From Squalus acanthias (taxonomy: Eukaryota), in contig CM059432.1 in the NCBI GenBank assembly GCA_030390025.1, positions 12,710,001 to 12,774,000 on the forward strand: a stretch of DNA of 64,000 nt, written 5' to 3'. Within the stretch, counting starts at the first letter, position 1. Each line of letters begins with the position of its first letter. Position numbers and translations under genes: made by a program. Under the pieces are notes generated by a model. That model saw nothing but the letters and a program-made list of their open reading frames with translations, did no database searches and was not told where the DNA came from. Shown here piece after piece: positions 24,488 through 35,216 of this stretch.

Positions 24488-25957
24488 AACATTCACGCCG
24501 CACAAGTGCCAGGTAATGACTATCTCCAACAAGAGAGAGTCTAACCACCGCCCCTTGACATTCAACAGTATTACCATCACCGAATCCCCCATGATCAACA
24601 TCCTGGGGGGTCACCATTGACCAAAAACTTAACTGGAACTGCCTCATAAATACTGTGGCTACAAGAGCAGGTCAGAGGCTGGGTATTCTGTTGCAAGTGT
24701 CTCACCTTCTGACTCCCCAAAACCTTTCCACCATCTACAAGGCACAAGTCAGGAGTGTGAGGGAATATTCTCCACTTGCCTGGATGAGTGCAGCTCCAAC
24801 AACACTCAAGAAGCTCAACACCATCCAGGACAAAGCAGCCCGCTTGATTGGCACCCCATTCACCACCTTAAACATTCACTCCCTCCACCACCGGCGTACC
24901 GTGGCTGCAGTGTGTACCATCTACAAGATGCACTGCAGCAACTCTCCAAGGCTTCTTCGACAGCACTTCCCAAACCTGCAATCTCTACCACCTAGAAGGA
25001 CAAGGACAGCAGACGCATCGGAACACCACCACCTCCAAGTTCCCCTCCAAGTCACACACTATCCTGACTTGGAAGTATATCGCCGATCCTTCATCGTCGC
25101 TGGGTCAAAATCCTGGAACTCCCTCCCTAACAGCACTGTGGGAGTACCTTCACCACACGGACTGCAGCGGTTCAACAAGCGGCTCACCACCACTTTCTCG
25201 AGGGCAATTAGGGATGGGTAATAAATTCTGGCCTTGCCAGCAACGCCCACATCCCAGGAACGAATAAAAAAAAAAAAATCCTGGAGGGTTGGCATCTCTA
25301 CCCCTGCAACCGTCAACTAAAGGTAAGTTTGAATAAAATTTTTCCTTCCTGTGTCGTCAAGAGGAGCTGGAGCGCTCCCCCTGAATCCACAGTCCTGGCA
25401 ATCGCTGCCCCCTCCCCTGTTGCCCGCTAAATCCACCCCACCCCCCCCCCAACCTCCCGCTGCTGCCAGCGAGGCAGGTGGCCTGAAATTGTTGTTCCTG
25501 TACAGGCACAATCAGCACCAGCAGCTCACCACAGTTCTTCAGATAAGGCCCGAGGTCTAATTTCTATCGTTTCTAGGACCTATTGCTTCGGGCCAGACTC
25601 ATTTCTACCCCATTGTCATTTTATTTCCTCTGGTGGCATATTGCTTATGGAAGGCAAAGCGCTGGAAGTTATGTTACAGTTTTATAAAGCTCTGGTTAGA
25701 CCCCTTTTAGAGCACTTCATTCAGTTCTGAGCACCGCACCACAGGAAGGGGATATTGGCCATAGATGGGGTGCAGCGCAGATTCACCAGAATTATGCTAA
25801 AAGGGTTAAATATGAGGACAGATTACGTAGACTAGGCTTGTATTTCCTTGAATATAGAAAATTAAGGGGTGATCTAATTCAGATGATTAAAGGATTTGAT
25901 AGGGTAGATAGAGAGAAACTATTTCCTCTGGTGGGGGAGTTCAGAAGAAGGGGGCAT

Positions 25958-26196
25958 TGTGGCGGATCGTCACCTAAAACGGGCATAATCCACTCTTCCG
26001 TCTGTGGACAAATTTCCAGCACCTTCCCTTTAAGGCACCTTACCTTTAAGGCAGGAGGGGGCGGGGCCTCCGGTTTTACCCAGAGAATTCTGGGAGCTTT
26101 TCGGTTCTGCCATTTTGTGCCATGCTGTGATTAAAAAGTCTCTTGTTTAACACAAATGGATTTAGCCTTAATTTGTGTTTCGCGGCAGCCTCAACA
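25958..26196 (+). repeat. Gypsy 5' LTR (239 bp)
   Basis: TGTGGCGG...CCTCAACA; direct repeat of 29481-29703 plus a 16-bp internal duplication. Confidence 0.95.
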
Positions 26197-26197
26197 T

Positions 26198-26211
26198 TGG
26201 TGACCCCGACG
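26198..26211 (+). promoter_or_regulatory. Primer-binding site, tRNA-Trp
   Basis: TGGTGACCCCGACG is complementary to the 3' end of vertebrate tRNA-Trp (...CGUCGGGGUCACCA). Confidence 0.85.
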
Positions 26212-26236
26212 CTCAGAACGTATTCCGAGCACTGCA

Positions 26237-29200
26237 ATGGCGGACACGAACGCAGTTTCCGTGAAACTGCCGGAGTTTTGGGAAAACCAGCCCGAAGCCT
26301 GGTTTCTCCAAGCTGAATCTCGCTTCCGGCTGCAAAATATCACCACAGATGGGACGAAGTACGACTATCTCGTCACATCACTCGGTAGCGCCGCAGTTTC
26401 CAAGGTTTGGACAACGCTGCAGAACCCACCAGAGGAAGGCAAGTACGCACATCTCAGGACAGCGCTCCTTAAAAAATTTACGGCCTCGGCATATCAGCGA
26501 AACTGCCACTTCCTCGACCTTCCAGGCCTCAGTGATGCCTCACCGTCAGACCTCCTCTCCCACATGCTCTCCCTCACCGACGAGAGCCCACCCGGATCCC
26601 TCTTCCGCTCGCTGTTCATCCGCCAGCTCCCTCTCAGCATCCGCCCAGCGATCATGGCATCCGGCCTCACGAACCTGGAAGCCCTGGCCGATGAGGCCGA
26701 CAAGCTGCTGTCCGCTCACTCCAGCCGCGACGTCATTCCGGACCTGGCAGCCAATGCCTGGGCGCGCCCCTCACCAGCCAGCACGCGGCCACAAGGGCCT
26801 GTCACCAGGCCCACGGGGCCTTCACGCCCCACTAACCCGGGCCACTGTTACTACCATGCACGGTTCGGCGCCAGGGCACAATGGTGCACACCTCCCTGCT
26901 CTTTCAAGTCCGCCCCCGTTCCAGCCCCCGCGATGGCCATGGAACAGCTCGGCATCATCCGCCGCTCCAACAGTCCCTGGGCCTCCCCACTCCACATCGC
27001 CCCCAAACCAGGCGGAGGTTGGCGCCCCTGCGGGGATTACCGCCACCTCAACGACGCCACCACCCCTGATCGGTACCCCGTGCCGCACATTCAGGACTTC
27101 TCGGCTAGACTGGCCGGCCGCTCAGTCTTTTCCAAGGTCGACCTGGTGCGCGGCTACCACCAAGTCCCCGTCCACCCCGCGGACGTCCCCAAGACGGCCG
27201 TAATCACCCCCTTCGGCCTGTTCGAGTTCCTGCGGATGCCCTTCGGCCTCAAAAACGCGGCCCAGGCATTCCAACGGCTCATGGACTCGGTCCTTCGGGA
27301 CCTGAAGTTCCTGTTCGTCTACCTGGACGACATCCTGGTAGCCAGTTCCTCCAAGCAGGAACACCTCGAACACCTTCGCATCCTGTTCGGGCGCCTCAGC
27401 GACCACAGGCTCATCCTCAGCCCAGCCAAATGCCAGTTCGGCCTGGACAAGATCGACTTCCTCGGCCACCACATCACCCATGCTGGGGCCATTCCCCTGC
27501 CCACCAAGGTGCAGGCCGTCCAACAATTTCCCCGCCCCACCACCATCAAAGGCCTCCAGGAGTTCCTCGGGATGGTGAATTTCTATAACCGCTTCATCCC
27601 CAAAGCGGCGTCCCTCATGAGGCCCCTGTATGAAGCCCTCCGGGGCAGGAGCGGCAAGATGGCGGTCGAATGGACGGCAGATGCGTCCGCCACCTTCGAT
27701 TCCACCAAGACCGCGCTCGCCAATGCCACCCTGCTCGCGCACCCACGGCCCAATGCCAGGGTAGCGCTCACCATGGACGCCTCCGACCACGCGGTCGGCG
27801 CCATGTATGAGCAGTGGGTCGACGGCGCCTGGCAACCACTTGCCTTCTTCAGCCGCCAACTACGCCCCCCGGAGGTCAAGTACAGCACCCTCGACCGCCA
27901 GCTCCTCGCGCTGTTCCTGGCGGTCCGCCATTTCTGGTTTTTGCTTGAGGGCCACCCCTTCACTGCGTTTGTCGACCACAAGCCCCTGACATTCGCAATG
28001 GCAAAGACAACCGACCCCTGGTCTGCCAGTCGGCAGCGCCAGCTCACGGCAGTGTCCGAGTTCACCACGGACATCCAACACATCTCCGGCCGAGACAATG
28101 TGGTAGCCGACTGCCTCTCCCGCCCCGCCATCCACGCCGCACACCTAGCAGTCGACTACGCTCAACTCGCAGCAGACCAGATCACCGACCCTGATCTGCT
28201 CTCCGCACCCACCAACCTACCAGTGCTACGCCTGGCCGACGTCGCCTGTGGCCCGACCGCTGTCACGGTCAAGTGCGACATATCCCTATGTCAACCTCGG
28301 CCCGTCGTCCCAGCGTCCTGGCGCCGCCGGGTATTCGACATTCTCCACAACCTCTTCCACCCCGGCGCCCGCGCATCCATCAAATTGGTAGCCAACCGCT
28401 TCGTCTGGCGTGGCCTTCGCAAGGATGTGCGTACTTGGGCCAACTCCTGCCTAGCCTGCCAACGGGCCAAGGTACAGCAACACACGAAAGCACCCCTCGA
28501 GGAGTTTACCGTCCCCTCGCGGAGATTCGACCACATCCACGTGGACATCGTCGGGCCCCTGCCGCCATCGCAAGGCCACACGCACTTGCTGACCATCGTT
28601 GACCGCACCACACGCTGGCCTGAGGCAATTCCACTGACCTCTACCACCACCGCTGACATCGCCAGAGCCTTCGTCAGCACCTGGGTCGCACGTTTCGGCG
28701 TCCCCTCCGACATGTCGTCGGACAGAGGTCCGCAATTTACCTCTGAACTCTGGACCGCCGTCGCACGCAATCTCGGGGTGACCATTCACCGCACCACAAT
28801 GTACCACCCCCAAGCCAACGGACTGTGTGAGCGGTTCCACAGATCCTTGAAGGCATCTCTTCAAGCCAGCCTCCAAGACAGCGCCTGGTCCGACCGACTT
28901 CCATGGGTCCTCCTCGGCCTGCGCACCGCGGTTAAAGAAGACCTCCACGCATCGGCAGCAGAGCTCATGTACGGTCAGCCGCTGCGTGTAACCGGCGAGT
29001 TCCTGCCTACCGCCACGACACCCTGGTCAGCCGACCAGCAACGCCACGACTTCGCCTCACCGGCGCTGCAGTTCGCCCCGGTGCCCATTGCCCGACACGG
29101 CGAATCCCCCTCACACGTCCCACTAAGCCTGCACCAGGCACGGTTTGTTTTCGTCCGGCATGGCGCCCACCGCGGACCCCTTCAACCCCCGTACGACGGG

Positions 29201-29314
29201 CCCTACAGGCTGGGGACAAAATTTTCACCCTGCAAGTGGGCGACAGTACCGAAAAAGTGTCGGTTGACCGACTCAAGCCAGCACACTCGGAGCCCGGTGA
29301 GCAGGTCCCTGTAG
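26237..29314 (+). CDS. gag-pol: Gypsy Gag-RT-RNaseH-integrase polyprotein lacking protease (1025 aa)
   Basis: Gag AVSVKLPEFW and CYYH...C...C knuckle; RT YLDD; RH DAS; IN HHCC and D,D,E; GPY/F then a frameshift near 29210. Confidence 0.92.
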   Translation: MADTNAVSVKLPEFWENQPEAWFLQAESRFRLQNITTDGTKYDYLVTSLGSAAVSKVWTTLQNPPEEGKYAHLRTALLKKFTASAYQRNCHFLDLPGLSDASPSDLLSHMLSLTDESPPGSLFRSLFIRQLPLSIRPAIMASGLTNLEALADEADKLLSAHSSRDVIPDLAANAWARPSPASTRPQGPVTRPTGPSRPTNPGHCYYHARFGARAQWCTPPCSFKSAPVPAPAMAMEQLGIIRRSNSPWASPLHIAPKPGGGWRPCGDYRHLNDATTPDRYPVPHIQDFSARLAGRSVFSKVDLVRGYHQVPVHPADVPKTAVITPFGLFEFLRMPFGLKNAAQAFQRLMDSVLRDLKFLFVYLDDILVASSSKQEHLEHLRILFGRLSDHRLILSPAKCQFGLDKIDFLGHHITHAGAIPLPTKVQAVQQFPRPTTIKGLQEFLGMVNFYNRFIPKAASLMRPLYEALRGRSGKMAVEWTADASATFDSTKTALANATLLAHPRPNARVALTMDASDHAVGAMYEQWVDGAWQPLAFFSRQLRPPEVKYSTLDRQLLALFLAVRHFWFLLEGHPFTAFVDHKPLTFAMAKTTDPWSASRQRQLTAVSEFTTDIQHISGRDNVVADCLSRPAIHAAHLAVDYAQLAADQITDPDLLSAPTNLPVLRLADVACGPTAVTVKCDISLCQPRPVVPASWRRRVFDILHNLFHPGARASIKLVANRFVWRGLRKDVRTWANSCLACQRAKVQQHTKAPLEEFTVPSRRFDHIHVDIVGPLPPSQGHTHLLTIVDRTTRWPEAIPLTSTTTADIARAFVSTWVARFGVPSDMSSDRGPQFTSELWTAVARNLGVTIHRTTMYHPQANGLCERFHRSLKASLQASLQDSAWSDRLPWVLLGLRTAVKEDLHASAAELMYGQPLRVTGEFLPTATTPWSADQQRHDFASPALQFAPVPIARHGESPSHVPLSLHQARFVFVRHGAHRGPLQPPYDGPYRLGTKFSPCKWATVPKKCRLTDSSQHTRSPVSRSL

Positions 29315-29469
29315 CTCGTCCACCTCCACGCGGCCGACCTGCCCTCAAGCCGGTTCACCCGGCTGCTCCACGCCCGGCCGTTCCACATCCACCGGCGTCC
29401 TACAAGAGCCGCTCCGGCCGGCCCATCAGACCGCCGCACCGTCTCGTCCATACCTCCTAAGCGGATTCT

Positions 29470-29477
29470 GGGGGGAG
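29470..29477 (+). promoter_or_regulatory. Polypurine tract
   Basis: GGGGGGAG just upstream of the 3' LTR. Confidence 0.8.
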
Positions 29478-29480
29478 CTG

Positions 29481-29703
29481 TGTGGCGGATCGCCACCTAA
29501 AACGGGCATAATCCACTCTTCCGTCTATGGACAAATTTCCAGCACCTTCCCTTTAAGGCAGGAGGGGGCGGGGCCTCAGGTTTTACCCAGAGAAATCTGG
29601 GAGCTTTTTGGTTCTGCCATTTTGTGCCATGCTGTGATTAAAAAGTCTCTTGTTTAACACAAATGGATTCAGCCTTAATTCGTGTTTCGCGGCAGCCTCA
29701 ACA
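29481..29703 (+). repeat. Gypsy 3' LTR (223 bp)
   Basis: Direct repeat of the 5' LTR with 7 substitutions counted by eye. Confidence 0.95.
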
Positions 29704-30678
29704 GCGTAACCTTAAAATCAGAGCTAGGCCGCTGAGGGGTGATGTCAGGAAGCACTTCTTCACACAAAGGGTAGCAGGAAATCTAGAGCTTTCTTCCCTT
29801 AAAAGCTGTTGAGGCTGGAGGGTCAATCGAAAATTTCAAAACTGAGCTCGATAGATTTTGGTTAGGCAAAGGGTATTTAGGGTTACGGAACCAAGGCGGG
29901 AGTTAAGATACAGATCAGCCATGATCTAATTGAATGGCGGAACAGGCTCGGCAAGCTGAATGGCCTACTCCTGTTCCTATGTCTGTGTGTGGAAAATATC
30001 TTTATATGCTATTTTAACACAATTTCTACCCCGTTTATTTAAATAGCTTAATGACGGCATTAAAATAGCGCACAAAGTGCTATGCAAACACATTAAGTGG
30101 TGAATTAAAAGAGGAAATTGAACCCCAAGGTATCTTTATCTCTCCCGAGGGTAATTTTAAAATAAAATGACTTTGATCTATTTGTGTTCAAGCTGGAATC
30201 CCAATATTAGTACCATTAATGCTGATTAAGAATTGTGCTCGTTTAAAGGCAACGTTTGCTCTGTGACTGATCGGTTCCTATCTCCGTACATGGCCAGTGT
30301 GCTTTCGAAGGGAGCATTTTGTGTTTGTTTGAAAGCTTCACTCAGTACGGGGCCAACAAAAATAAAAATGAAACCTCGCCCAGTAATCTCTGTAAACGAG
30401 ACGGCGACATGGCACTGCCCTTGACTGATGGCACGGAGCAGATGGGCTGCATGGGTATTCCTCATGCTCCCATCAGCCTGCTGCCTTGAAATGATTACAG
30501 GCTCTGGGGAACAAGTTTTGGCAACATAAATAATACACGGAGCTAACTGATAAGAAAATATCTTCCACATACCTATCTTCAAGACTCATAAGTGTAATAA
30601 TCTGTGTGAGTGCTTGAATAGAGTTTCCATAATTTCTTGCGACTATCCTGCAATAAACCCAGTTCTACAATACCCGGG

Positions 30679-30864
30679 GGCCTAGAAATTCTTCTCAGGG
30701 GGTGGCGCAGAGCGGGCAGTGTCGGATCAGCCGCCCGTGATACGCAGCGCCCGATAGTCAGCTCCATCGCAGTCAATGCGACTGAGCACCAGGCGCTGCG
30801 TATAACGAGCGGCCGATCCGATACCGCCCGTTTTGCACCGCCCGACGAGACGAATTTCAAGGCC
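30679..30864. mobile_element. Fold-back MITE
   Basis: TIR GGCCTAGAAATTC/GAATTTCAAGGCC with GGG on both flanks; long internal complementary arms. Confidence 0.8.
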
Positions 30865-32491
30865 GGGGAGTCAGACTATCGCCACCTAATGCAAACATGA
30901 TGTTGGAGTTGAATTAACGACCCGGGCATTCAGAGGGCATGTCGCTGCAGTGAAGATCAGTGTAAAAAAAAAACAGGTACTTTTTAATGAAGTCTGTTTA
31001 ATGGGAACGTCTTGAAGAAGGGAACGTTATTGCTGCCACAGGCAGTGATCCTTATTAAAGGGCGTCTACTGTCATTTCTTTTTTTTAAGTGGATCGTGCA
31101 GATGTCGAGCCACCCCGAGGGAGACGGTGGATGCTGTTTCACAAAATGATAATAGCTCTTACTCCCCGGGGAGGGGAAAGGGGAGAGGGTCGGCGGGGGG
31201 GTGGGGGGGGTGAGTGGTGGTGGTGGTGAAGAGATAATGCTCAGTTTGTAAACTGCTTTTGTGTCTTTTCATTACTTTCTCCGAAACCGGAATGGCCGGC
31301 GCTCATCGAGTGGGGTTATTTTCTTGGCACGCAGCAAGTAACTGGGAACCTGAGCAACAGTTGAGTAAAGGATCTGATCAATGAATCAGTGCCACCATTG
31401 TCTGCAGGCAGCAGGTGTGCACACTGCACACAGACACAGCTCTGTTCAACACCTGAACACACCGCTGACACGCTCGATCTGTGCCGGCTTGACAGTCGAC
31501 TCCCGATATCGGATTCAGATTTCTTGAACTTGTACTAATAAACCTTGCAGAAAGCCAGTGGGGGAAAAAGTGCAGAAGACTGCACAATTCAGTCCAAATG
31601 CTGTTGATGTTTTAGTATCCCGGTGTAATTGGTTAACCGTCCAAGTCTCCTGATCCTGGAATAAATAAGTAAAAAAAAAATAGCTGCACGTTATCTTTTC
31701 CCTGCCGTCCCTCTGCCTAGGCCCTTCCATTGCTCCTGAAGTCACTTATTAAATTGGTTGGGAATGATGGCTCTGCCAGAGGTGCAGCCTTCCAGTACTG
31801 CCATGTGTAACAAGTTAATTAAATGAGACGGTCAATATATAAATCTAAATAACCAGGACCAAAGTCAGAGATAAATGGGTGTCAGCCAGCTGTTACTCAG
31901 CCAGACATAAAGTGGAGCTTAAGTTTGCAGACGGTAAATGTTGTTTCATTAATATAATTAGTGCTGCTTCTGACAAAGTTTTATTTTACAAATGGCAAAG
32001 ATCAGATTTTAAATATAAATACGGCACGGATTCTCAGAAGTCCAGATTCAAGATAGAAAATACAAACGAGTTGTTTGGAAAACAGAAAACATTTCAGTAA
32101 CTGATGGGGCCAGTGGCTTAGCAGGACTAAAACATCGTGTGAGAAAAAGTGAAACGCATTCTCCCTCTGAGACATCTGAGCTTCCTTTTAAGGCCACAGA
32201 TCATATTGTATCAGCCGTTTCTTACCCGGTTTTAAGTTCACGTTGGCCAGTTTTTGTGGGGAATAAGGACATTGAATGGGGGTGTTGGTAATCAAGGTTC
32301 AGAAAGCAACGCTGGATTCTGAGCACAGTCCCATGATCAGACATGTGATAGGGAGTCAAGGGCATGGGGAGCGAGCGGTGTTGAGGTCAAGATTGGATCG
32401 CCATGATCTTATTGAATGACGGAGCAGGCTCGAGGGGCCGACTGGCCGACTCCTGCTCCTGTTGCTTATGTTCACACACATATTTCTCTAT

Positions 32492-32712
32492 AAAAGAAAA
32501 ACTTGCATTTATACAGCGCCTTTCATGATGTCAGGACGTCCCAAAGCGCTTTACAGCTAATTAAATACTTTTGAAGTGTAGTCACTGTTGCAATGTAGGA
32601 AGCCCCGCAGCCAAATTGCGCACAGCAAGCTCCCACAAATAGCAATGTGATAATGACCAGATGATCAGTTTATAGGTGTTGGTTGAGGGATTAAATATTG
32701 GCCAGGACACTG
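32492..32712 (-). mobile_element. DeuSINE (SacSINE1/AmnSINE1-like) 3' fragment
   Basis: Minus strand CCCTCAACCAACA...ATTGCTATTTGTGGGAGCTTGCTGTGCGCAA...GACTACACTTCAAAAG; L2-like tail. Confidence 0.8.
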
Positions 32713-33166
32713 GTCTATGATTGTTCATATAGCTTTAGTTATCGAACAGTACCATGTAATGTCTTTGTGTGTGTGTGGGGTAAAACACATCACACATTGG
32801 ATATTCCCCCTCACCACCACCCTGGATATTGCACTGCAGAGGTGAATTGGTCGGAAATGACTTTTTTAAAAATACATAGCAAATTGAAATCACTCAATGT
32901 TTTATCAATAATCGTAAGCACCCTTTCACTTTCGTAATCTTTTGAAATGTTCCAATGATTTTTAAGGTAGTTGCTTAGCAAATAAAATACTGGATGGAAA
33001 TGGGAAAGATTTGAATAGTTGAAAATGATTGTTAATGCTACAGAAGACACAAGTAAGGAGTGTGATACATAGATACATAGATACATAGAAGATAGGAGCA
33101 GGAGTAGGCCATCCGGCCCTTCGAGCCTGCTCCGCCATTTAATGAGATCATGGCTGATCCTCCAAT

Positions 33167-34164
33167 TCAGTATCCCGTTCCCGCCTTCTCTCCGTAACCC
33201 TTAACCCCTTTTGCCTGTAGAAATATATCTAATTCCCTCTTAAATATATTTAATGAGCTGGCGTACACTGCCCTCTGTGGCAATGAGTTCCACAGGTTCA
33301 CCACCCTCTGAGTGAAGAAATTCCCCCTCATTTCTGTCCTAAATGGTTTAGCCCTTATCCTTAAATTATGTCCTCTAGTTCTGTTCTCACCCGCCAAGGG
33401 AAACATTCCTTCTGCATCTAGTCTGTCTAGACCTGTCAGAATTTTATACACTTCTATGAGGTCCCCTCTCAATCTTCTAAACTCCAGTGTGTACATCCCT
33501 AAACTACATAGTCTCTCCTCATAGGTCAATCCCGCCATTCCTGGTATCAGCCTGGTGAATCGCCGCTGCACCCCCTCCATGGCAAGAACATCTTTCCTCA
33601 GATGAGGCGACCAAAACTGTACACAGTACTCGAGGTGTGGTCTCACCAGTGCCCTGTACAGCTGCAGCAAGGTATCCCTGTTCCTGTATTCCAACCCTTT
33701 TGCTATGAAGGCCAGCATACCGTTTGCCTTCTTGACCGCCTGTTGCACCTGCATGCTCGCCTTCAGTGACTGGTGTACAAGAACACCCAGGTCTCTCTGT
33801 ACTTCCCCCTCTCCCAATTTATTGCCATTTAAATAATAATTTGCCCTCCCGTTCCTGCACCCAAGGTGGATAACTTCGCACTTGTCCACATTATAGTGCA
33901 TCTGCCATTTATCCGCCCAATCACCCAGTCTGTCCAAATCGCTCTGGAGCTTCCTGGTCTCCTCCTCTGAGCCCCCCCCCCCACCTCCTAGTTTAGTGTC
34001 GTCTGCAAATTTGGAAATGCTGCATCCGACTCCCTGATCCAGGTCATTAATGTAAATTGTGAACAGCTGGGGACCCAGGACAGATCCCTGTGGTACCCCA
34101 CTTGTTACTGCCTGCCATTCAGAAAATGAGCCGTTTATTCCAACTCTCTGTTTTCTATCTGACA
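33167..34164 (-). CDS. CR1 ORF2 C-terminal half (RT)
   Basis: GVPQGSVLGP, KFADDTK, RPHLEYCVQFW; no stops. Confidence 0.9.
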
Positions 34165-34252
34165 TGATGCGGAGATGCCGGTGTTGGACTGGGGTGGACA
34201 AAATTGAGAGGTCGCACAACACCAGGTTATAGTCCAACAGTTTTATTTGAAA

Positions 34253-34295
34253 TCACAAGCTTTCGGAGCTATCGATTTGCTCCTTCCTCAGGTGA
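34253..34295 (-). ncRNA. Minimal type I hammerhead ribozyme (sense to the PLE)
   Basis: Exact reverse complement of 35125-35167. Confidence 0.75.
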
Positions 34296-34627
34296 AGTAA
34301 ATTAGATACAGAATCGCCAAAGCATATATAGATAGAAAACAAAGCATGTGTACTTTACAATTGCAGACCAATAAATTAAATCATCCTGACTATCTGCCGA
34401 GGTGTGATAAAGTTAATTAAGTCAGCCAGGAAGGTACCACATCAAAGACATAGCAAGATACAACTGAGACAATGAGGTGTAGTCACAGGGGTTCTAACGT
34501 GTCAAAAGCTGCCGTCTGTATGTAAAACGAAAAGCTTTAAAAAATGTTTACTTTTTTACTGGGAAAATTTTTACTTTTTTACTGGGAATCACATCTGTGA
34601 ACAAGCTAACGACGACTCGAGTCCGGA

Positions 34628-35095
34628 TCACGTCATGTATCGTGACATAAACCCAAGATCCCGATTGAGACCGTCTTCATGAGTGCGGAACTTGGCTATC
34701 AGTTTCTGCTCGATGATTTTGCGTTGTCGTGTGTTTCTAAGGTTGCCTTGGAGAACGCTTACCCGCAGATCCGAGGCTGAATGTCCTTGACTGCTGAAGT
34801 GTTCCCCGACTGGGAGGTAACAATCCTGCCTGGCGATTGTTGCGCGGTGCTCGTTCATACGTTGTCTCAGTGTCTGCATGGTCTCGCCGATGTACCATGC
34901 CGCGGTGCATTCTTTCCTGCAACGTATGAGGTAGACAACGTTGGCCGAGTCACATGAGTATGTACCATGTACCTGGTGGGTAGTGTCCTCACGTGTGATG
35001 GTGGTATCTGTGTTGATGATCTGGCATGTCTTGCAGAGTTTGCCATGGCAGGGTTGTGTGGTGTCGTGGTCGCTGTTATCCTGAAAGCTGGGTAA
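34628..35095 (-). CDS. PLE GIY-YIG endonuclease domain (partial ORF, RT missing)
   Basis: Hand-translated, stop-free: QPCHGKLCKTC...CDSANVVYLIRCRKECTAAWYIGETMQTLRQRMNEH...VGEHF...GLNRDLG. Confidence 0.9.
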   Translation of the reverse strand, partial: LPSFQDNSDHDTTQPCHGKLCKTCQIINTDTTITREDTTHQVHGTYSCDSANVVYLIRCRKECTAAWYIGETMQTLRQRMNEHRATIARQDCYLPVGEHFSSQGHSASDLRVSVLQGNLRNTRQRKIIEQKLIAKFRTHEDGLNRDLGFMSRYMT

Positions 35096-35124
35096 TTCTT
35101 TGGCGATTCTGTATCTAATTTACT

Positions 35125-35167
35125 TCACCTGAGGAAGGAGCAAATCGATAGCTCCGAAAGCTTGTGA
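35125..35167 (+). ncRNA. Minimal type I hammerhead ribozyme (inverted copy)
   Basis: UCAC-CUGAGGA-A-GGAGC(9-nt loop)GCUCC-GAAA-GC-UU-GUGA: stem I 4 bp, stem II 5 bp, palindromic stem III AAGCUU. Confidence 0.75.
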
Positions 35168-35216
35168 TTTCAAATAAAACTGTTGGACTATAACCTGGTG
35201 TTGTGCGACCTCTCAA

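Larger units (their letters stand above)
22311..25278 (+). mobile_element. Family-B LINE ORF2 (RT) fragment with poly(A), interrupted by RTE
   Basis: PANYRSVSL, DIKAAFDQVWH, GVPQGSVLGP, MFADD; resumes at 24488; poly(A) to 25278. Confidence 0.9.
21718..25611. mobile_element. Probable Harbinger-type non-autonomous element hosting LINE insertions
   Basis: GAGGTAGAAAT at 21718 and ATTTCTACCCC ending at 25611 are inverted matches; flanks GTT/ATT are an imperfect TSD. Confidence 0.45.
25958..29703 (+). mobile_element. Ty3/Gypsy LTR retrotransposon with two LTRs, internally deleted
   Basis: TG...CA LTRs, PBS, PPT, RT-RH-IN order, 4-bp TSD GCAT/GCGT. Confidence 0.97.
25640..29985 (+). mobile_element. 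CR1 3' fragment split by Gypsy (25640-25957 and 29704-29985)
   Basis: ...LFPLVGEFRRRGH continues as AACCTTAAAATCAGAGC... after the 3' LTR. Confidence 0.9.
34165..35216 (-). mobile_element. Penelope-like element (Neptune-type), 5'-truncated, with inverted pseudo-LTRs
   Basis: GIY-YIG ORF; identical 121-bp inverted repeats 34202-34322/35098-35218; TTCTATCTGACA duplicated at 34153-34164 and 35217-35228. Confidence 0.93.

Noticed and set aside
26349..29496. Overlapping and antisense ORFs in the Gypsy
   Set aside because: Expected by-product of high GC content; no recognisable motifs
30226..30582. 118-aa ORF in unique sequence
   Set aside because: No recognisable domain or convincing splice context
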